Shown here piece by piece: positions 16,364 through 20,874 of a DNA stretch of 20,874 nt (its first letter is position 1; every line of letters begins with the position of its first letter). A program made the position numbers and the translations under genes. The notes below the pieces were generated by a model. The model did no database searches. It was not told where the DNA came from and saw nothing but the letters and a program-made list of their open reading frames with translations. This stretch comes from Nitrosarchaeum sp. (GTDB taxonomy: Archaea > Thermoproteota > Nitrososphaeria > Nitrososphaerales > Nitrosopumilaceae), in NCBI GenBank assembly GCA_023265135.1, contig JAHFUM010000004.1, positions 92,422-113,295 on the forward strand. Direction: 5' to 3'.

Positions 16364-17206
16364 TCACCTGAGATAAATTGATTTTTCATGGTACTTTGAT
16401 TTTGATGGTTTATCCAAGTCTTTTATTAAATTCTCTTCATACAATTTAGGATTCAGAATTGAATCTACCAAATGATATAATGTGGTTATTTGAGTATTTT
16501 CATTTTTGCTCCACGTGCCCCAAAACATTGGGCTAATCATAAGGCTTGTAACGTAGTTTATAATATCGCTTAAATTGTTTGATGATCTTTTACCAGAAAT
16601 CTTGTCTAGTGTTGCTCTGAATTTTCTTAGTTCTGATTTTTCAACGGATGAAAAATGAACCGCCAGTGCAGGAATTACGCTTTGTCCTATTATTGATTCG
16701 TTATAGCTTGCAATGTTTATCAAGTTGTTTTTTATTCCGTTGATCAATCCCTGTAAGATGATCTTATCACACAAGTCATATTTTGCTCCCTTTTTTTCAA
16801 GACTTAAAATTAACTTGTAAAATGGATTTACCTCTGAGTTTTTTTCTAGCATTGCTCTCAGTTCCTCTTTTTTAAGAGGAAGTGACAATACAACAAGACT
16901 TCCTCTAAAGGACAACCCATACGTAGGAATGTTGTTTCCTTTTGAAAATCTTGTGCCAATCTGCCTGACATATTCTTGTGGAAGCATTCTTTCATTGATG
17001 TTTCTGTAAACACCACTTTGATGTCTTTTTATTGTCGATGATTTACCTGAAGAGTCTTCCCAGATTTCAATTTGCGAGTAAAAACGAGAAATATCCCACG
17101 TAGTAGATTCCCCCTCTATTGCCAAACATTGCATCATTCGGGCACGAAAATCATAATCTTTACCTGAAAATAGGATTACATTTGATATGGGTTCTTGTAA
17201 TAGCAT
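16364..17206 (-). CDS. Hypothetical protein, possible wHTH regulator
   Basis: 280-aa ORF. The N-terminal region ...TWDISRFYSQ...SGVYRNINERMLPQEYVRQIG...YGLSFRGSLVVLSL looks like helix-turn-helix plus wing. Divergent (33-bp gap) from the operon leading to pPolB. Confidence 0.45.
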   Translation of the reverse strand: MLLQEPISNVILFSGKDYDFRARMMQCLAIEGESTTWDISRFYSQIEIWEDSSGKSSTIKRHQSGVYRNINERMLPQEYVRQIGTRFSKGNNIPTYGLSFRGSLVVLSLPLKKEELRAMLEKNSEVNPFYKLILSLEKKGAKYDLCDKIILQGLINGIKNNLINIASYNESIIGQSVIPALAVHFSSVEKSELRKFRATLDKISGKRSSNNLSDIINYVTSLMISPMFWGTWSKNENTQITTLYHLVDSILNPKLYEENLIKDLDKPSKSKYHEKSIYLR

Positions 17207-17239
17207 ACCATTATGTAATCATAACTCTAATTATACTTT

Positions 17240-17509
17240 ATGTCAAAGTATTCCTCAATGAAAGCAAAACATACAGATTGTAGCAAGACTACAACAAAAC
17301 AAAACCAAGTCCATAACGATACAGTAGTTACGGTATTTGGAAAAAGAACGATTGTAAATCAGAATTTTTCAAAACTGATTGCATTGCCAAAAACAGCACT
17401 AGAAAATCTAGGAAAAAACATCAAACAAGTTAGCGTGGAATTGGTTCAAGAAAACAATTCCAAGTACATCCGACTTGTTCCAATCACTGGAGGAGGTGAA
17501 ACTAAATGA
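17240..17509 (+). CDS. Small protein, possible AbrB/SpoVT-like DNA-binding domain
   Basis: KLIALPKTALENLGKNIKQVSVELVQENNSKYIRLVPI resembles the swapped-hairpin AbrB/MazE pattern. ATGA-type overlap with the next ORF. Confidence 0.4.
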   Translation: MSKYSSMKAKHTDCSKTTTKQNQVHNDTVVTVFGKRTIVNQNFSKLIALPKTALENLGKNIKQVSVELVQENNSKYIRLVPITGGGETK

Positions 17510-17835
17510 GCACAAAGAATTATCCTCCATTTCTAAAATGGGGAGACTACAAAAGCATAAGCAAGAAACAGCCAGACATAATCACTATTGAGATAGTTGA
17601 TCCTGAGCCATTCCAGACCCAGTATGACTGGAATGTACTTGTAAAGATGGATGGAATTGAAACAAACATTCCATTGAGGGCAAAGTCTGCAAACAAAAAA
17701 CTCTACAGACAGTACATGCGTCTGCTACGGGAAGGAAAAATCAAGAATGGAACAAAACTGACCATCGAGACATGGTTGGGCAAATCATCAAAGCATCCAG
17801 ACTTTGATTTAAGAGATTTCATAGTGGTCGTATGA
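17506..17835 (+). CDS. Hypothetical protein
   Basis: 109-aa ORF, 4-nt overlap with the upstream ORF, GGAGGAGG 8 nt upstream of the ATG. No recognisable motif. Confidence 0.5.
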   Translation: MSTKNYPPFLKWGDYKSISKKQPDIITIEIVDPEPFQTQYDWNVLVKMDGIETNIPLRAKSANKKLYRQYMRLLREGKIKNGTKLTIETWLGKSSKHPDFDLRDFIVVV

Positions 17836-17865
17836 TCACTTTATCTCTTTTTTTATGTGGGTAAA

Positions 17866-18204
17866 ATGAAACAAAACAAATCTAAAGAAAAACTGCTAGA
17901 GCAACTGGAAGCACTAAAGTTATTTCCAAAAAATAAACTTGCATCACAATTACGAAAACAAATCCAAGACAAACTAAAGAAACTGGAAACAAAAAAATCA
18001 CAAGAGCCATCAAAAGAAGAAAAGAAGAGACTGACAAACCAAACCCGCTCAGGAAAGATGCGAAGATACCATAATTATATCAGGCAAATCAGAAACAACT
18101 TTCCAAATTATTCCTACAAACAGATTAGGAGCCAACTATCAAGACGCAAAAAACAGGAATCAGTACCAATCCCCGATGTAATATGGCAGAATCCATCCCC
18201 GTAA
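17866..18204 (+). CDS. Small lysine/arginine-rich coiled-coil protein coupled to pPolB; homolog of 1384-1761
   Basis: ATG at 17866 (the track start is GTG 17857). Overlaps the pPolB start by 22 nt. Shares a C-terminal conserved block ending VIWQNPSP with the element A protein. Confidence 0.7.
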   Translation: MKQNKSKEKLLEQLEALKLFPKNKLASQLRKQIQDKLKKLETKKSQEPSKEEKKRLTNQTRSGKMRRYHNYIRQIRNNFPNYSYKQIRSQLSRRKKQESVPIPDVIWQNPSP

Positions 18205-19961
18205 GCGAGTCATTTAGACTAGATCACCTCTATACAGGTAGTCGCCAGAGAAGGGATCTGGCAAAATCATGCCTAAAGCCAGTCACAGCCATAGATACAG
18301 AGACATGGAAAGGAGATATCTTCCTGATGGCAGACTCTGACGGAAATTATCTTGATGATATTTCCATTAATGCTGTAATCCAGTTTCTGTTTTCTAAAAG
18401 ATACCAGAACACTTGGAATTTTTGCTATAATTTGGGATATGATGCCGAAGTAATTCTAAAACTATTAGATGATAAATTAAAAGTATACAAAAGATCAAAT
18501 GATCTAAAATTCAAATTTGATGATTACAAAATAGCATATATTCCTGACAAGGTTCTGCGAATTACAAAAGGGCATCATTCAGTTTCGTTTTACGATATTG
18601 CACAATACTATCACACATCACTAGAAAATGCATATGAATCAAACATTGAAAAATTACCTGACTGCTACAAACAATTCAAAGGAAAAAGGCATCAATTATC
18701 TCCAAGCTATTATTCACATAACAGAAAAAAAGTCAGAGATTACTGTATCACAGATTGCATCCATACAAAGAAACTAGCAGAGCACTGGGTTTCAAACTTT
18801 TATGATGCATTTTACTTTTATGTACAAAAATGGATATCATCAGGGTACTGTGCAGAAAAAGTTCTCATAAATAACAGAATAGAGATTCCAAAGTTCACTG
18901 AAACCCCGTATGATGTACAAAAGATGGCATGGAGTGTAGTTGATCATGGCGGAAGATTTGAGATAACAAAGCGCGGATTAATCGGAAATGCATTTCTTTA
19001 TGATATAAATTCGGCATATCCCTATGCACTAACGCAGATTCCAGATATCACAAAAGGAAGATGGGTAAAAAGAAAATCAATTCACAAAGATGCCAAGCTT
19101 GGATTTTTTAGAATTTTGGCTGATATCCCAATATCAAAACACATCTGCCCGTTTCCATTTAAGAAAGGGCACAGAATATTTTTCCCATCAGGAGAATTTG
19201 AAACAATAGTAACCTTACACGAATTGCAGTCATGTGAGAATTCATCATTTTACAAGATTCTTGATTCTTGGCAGTTTATCCCCGAGCCTGAAACCTATCC
19301 TTATAGAGAGTTTATCTCAAATCTATACCAAAAGAGGCTCAAACTAAAGCAGGAAGACAACCCAATACAATTACCGCTAAAAATTATACTAAACTCAATT
19401 TATGGCAAGACAGGTCAGACAGTAAACAACAAAATCGGCAATTTGTTTAATCCTGTGATTTTTGTCACCATTACTGGAATTATTCGCGGTTTATTGTACA
19501 AATTTGTGATTCAAAATCATATAGAATTTGATACGGTGGCATTTGCAACTGATTCCATACTAACTACAAAAAAACTAGACTATGACTCTACAAAGTTAGG
19601 AGAATTTTCTTTTGATAATATGGCTGATGATTGTTACCTGTTACAAAATGGCTATTACAGAATGAATGGAAAATGGAAAAACAGAGGAATTGCATCAATG
19701 AGTGGAAAAACAATTGAACATCTTGATACCATACAGAGAAATGGGAAATTATTTTTAAAAATTCAAGAGTACAGAAACACAAGACTTCGGTCGGGAATTA
19801 TCCTGAATCGAATATCTGAAATTGGAAACATCAAGCATACGTTTCGTTGGATTGATCCTAACGCAGACAAAAAAAGATTCTGGCTGGGTAAAATATCGAA
19901 AATAGACGATACCAAAAATGATTCAATGCCTTTATCACTAAACCACATGGCAAAAGAGTAA
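18183..19961 (+). CDS. polB: Protein-primed family B DNA polymerase (pPolB), element B
   Basis: Exo I TAIDTET, Exo II YNLGYDAE, Exo III YCITD, motif A LYDINSAYPYAL, motif B KIILNSIYGKTGQ, motif C VAFATDS. By eye about half identical to 1758-3632. Confidence 0.9.
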   Translation: MAESIPVSESFRLDHLYTGSRQRRDLAKSCLKPVTAIDTETWKGDIFLMADSDGNYLDDISINAVIQFLFSKRYQNTWNFCYNLGYDAEVILKLLDDKLKVYKRSNDLKFKFDDYKIAYIPDKVLRITKGHHSVSFYDIAQYYHTSLENAYESNIEKLPDCYKQFKGKRHQLSPSYYSHNRKKVRDYCITDCIHTKKLAEHWVSNFYDAFYFYVQKWISSGYCAEKVLINNRIEIPKFTETPYDVQKMAWSVVDHGGRFEITKRGLIGNAFLYDINSAYPYALTQIPDITKGRWVKRKSIHKDAKLGFFRILADIPISKHICPFPFKKGHRIFFPSGEFETIVTLHELQSCENSSFYKILDSWQFIPEPETYPYREFISNLYQKRLKLKQEDNPIQLPLKIILNSIYGKTGQTVNNKIGNLFNPVIFVTITGIIRGLLYKFVIQNHIEFDTVAFATDSILTTKKLDYDSTKLGEFSFDNMADDCYLLQNGYYRMNGKWKNRGIASMSGKTIEHLDTIQRNGKLFLKIQEYRNTRLRSGIILNRISEIGNIKHTFRWIDPNADKKRFWLGKISKIDDTKNDSMPLSLNHMAKE

Positions 19962-20128
19962 TACTTGTCAAAGTTTTGATAATTTGATAATTGTTAATTT
20001 GATACTGATTTAGAGTAACAAAATGATATGCATGACAAAATCAAAAATCATTGTATGCTTGATAATCGTGCCTGTCAAGACAAGATTTTCATGCTTGACA
20101 AATGATTGACAACCATCATTTTGCCATT

Positions 20129-20245
20129 GTCAGACAATGACAAATTAGTGACAGACAATGACAAATTAGTGACAGACAATGACAAATTAGTGACAGACAA
20201 TGACAAATTAGTGACAGACAATGACAAATTAGTGACAGACAATGA
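20129..20245. repeat. 21-bp tandem repeat x about 5.6 (unit gacagacaatgacaaattagt) inside a wider TGACA(A/G)/TTGTCA motif field
   Basis: Units start at 20129 (1 mismatch), 20150, 20171, 20192 and 20213, with a partial unit at 20234-20245. Confidence 0.95.
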
Positions 20246-20536
20246 TTTGACATGTCTGAATTGTTGTCAGGCTTGTCATGGTACTAATTAGTCATTATCA
20301 CAAATTTGTTTAGGTTTGTCATGACAAGTATTAGACCAGTTCTTTTAACATTTCATAATATTGTCTGTTTATGATCTTTTTCTTATAGAGTTTCTTTTTT
20401 AGTTCACAGATGTTATCCCTCTTTTCCAAGTCCATAAAATAATACAGGTTAGAAAAACAAGGATTTAATGGTGTAATGGTTTTTCTGACCCATCAACGTC
20501 ATAATGAAAATCATTACTTACATTATGATCTTAAAG

Positions 20537-20615
20537 AATTTCCAACAAATCATACTGTTCGTTATGTCGTAGTAAGTGTCCTAAAATCATGCGTAAGAGG
20601 GGGGATTTCCCTTTT
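20537..20615. repeat. Right terminal inverted repeat of element B
   Basis: Exact reverse complement of 10511-10589. Confidence 0.95.
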
Positions 20616-20630
20616 TATTCTCTGTCAATA
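20612..20630. repeat. aEF-2-proximal copy of the target-site duplication (tttttattctctgtcaata)
   Basis: Identical to 10492-10510. Contains the aEF-2 stop codon (20615-20617) and the last four sense codons. Confidence 0.9.
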
Positions 20631-20874
20631 TATTCGTCAATACCAGGAGGCTCTGGTGCAAGCCCCTTTCTCTTTCTAATTTCTGCAATTGCAGTGGAAG
20701 CTATGGATTTTGGAAGTTCAGTCCATGCCTTAAAGGAAGTATTCCAGGTTGCACGTCCAGCTGTTTGACCTCTCATTGCTTCAGAAAGTGTAAATGTTTC
20801 AGCTGCTGGAATTTCGCCAACAATAATGCTAGCAGCTCCTTTTTGAGACATATCTAGTACCTTTCCACGTTTTC
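20615..20874 (-). CDS. fusA: Translation elongation factor aEF-2, C-terminal fragment (gene continues beyond the right window edge)
   Basis: The frame is open to the window edge (..KRGKVLDMSQKGAASIIVGEIPAAETFTLSEAMRGQTAGRATWNTSFKAWTELP...GIDEYIDRE*). This is the EF-2/EF-G domain V / C-terminal pattern (IPVAE.F.....LR..T.G.A). GC content is visibly higher than in the elements. Confidence 0.9.
   Translation of the reverse strand, partial: KRGKVLDMSQKGAASIIVGEIPAAETFTLSEAMRGQTAGRATWNTSFKAWTELPKSIASTAIAEIRKRKGLAPEPPGIDEYIDRE

Larger units (their letters stand above)
10511..20615. mobile_element. Casposon-like element B (Cas1 + pPolB), complete, about 10.1 kb
   Basis: Bounded by perfect 79-bp TIRs (10511-10589 / 20537-20615) and flanked by direct repeats 10492-10510 / 20612-20630. 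Encodes Cas1 (11059-12132) and pPolB (18183-19961). Boundaries are ambiguous by 1-5 nt because of the A/T runs. Confidence 0.9.

Noticed and set aside
19588-19948. Two short minus-strand ORFs (19588-19782, 19763-19948) inside polB of element B
   Set aside because: Both are nested antisense to pPolB and have no independent support.
20106-20291. 61-aa ORF with a repeated DNDKLVT heptad
   Set aside because: It is simply the 21-bp (7-codon) tandem repeat read in frame. It has no start context or coding features and lies in the iteron field.
20331-20435. 34-aa minus-strand ORF (MDLEKRDNICELKKKLYKKKIINRQYYEMLKELV) between the iteron field and the right TIR
   Set aside because: It is very short and lysine-rich, as expected from AT-rich sequence, and I could not see a counterpart in element A. 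It cannot be supported without conservation or expression data.
20476-20679. 67-aa plus-strand ORF spanning the right TIR, the TSD and the antisense of the aEF-2 3' end
   Set aside because: It crosses the element/host boundary and is antisense to a well-supported conserved gene, so it is almost certainly spurious.
1-20874. Interpreting the two cas1 genes as a CRISPR-Cas adaptation locus
   Set aside because: There is no cas2, no effector genes and no repeat-spacer array. The only tandem repeats (1-125, 20129-20245) are contiguous units without spacers. Each cas1 is paired with pPolB inside TIR-bounded DNA.

Overview
AT-rich archaeal accessory region. I infer a Nitrosopumilus-like thaumarchaeal host from composition, the aEF-2 flank and the element type. 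Almost the whole window is two diverged self-synthesizing transposons of the casposon type, stacked in tandem. Each encodes a Cas1-family integrase (casposase) and a protein-primed family B DNA polymerase (pPolB). There is no Cas2 and no CRISPR array. Both sit at the stop codon of the translation elongation factor aEF-2 gene, whose 3' end lies at 20615-20874 on the minus strand and runs off the window. Element B (10511-20615, about 10.1 kb) is bounded by perfect 79-bp terminal inverted repeats and a 14-19 bp direct target-site duplication that contains the last aEF-2 codons. Element A (window edge to about 10496) shares the terminal motif at its right end and abuts the internal copy of the duplication. 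I cannot find its left end in the window. The core genes are clearly homologous but diverged, and the cargo differs. A carries a DUF4062-like/P-loop STAND-type NTPase plus a HEAT-like repeat protein. B carries a PIN / ParB-like / HTH / PAPS-reductase-like module. Other signals: a conserved small basic protein translationally coupled to each pPolB, a dense TGACA(A/G) iteron field with a 21-bp x5.6 tandem repeat next to the right TIR of B, a TCCTGCAT operator-like array, and a 35-bp tandem repeat at the left window edge. All protein family calls come from motifs read by eye and need HMM or structure confirmation.
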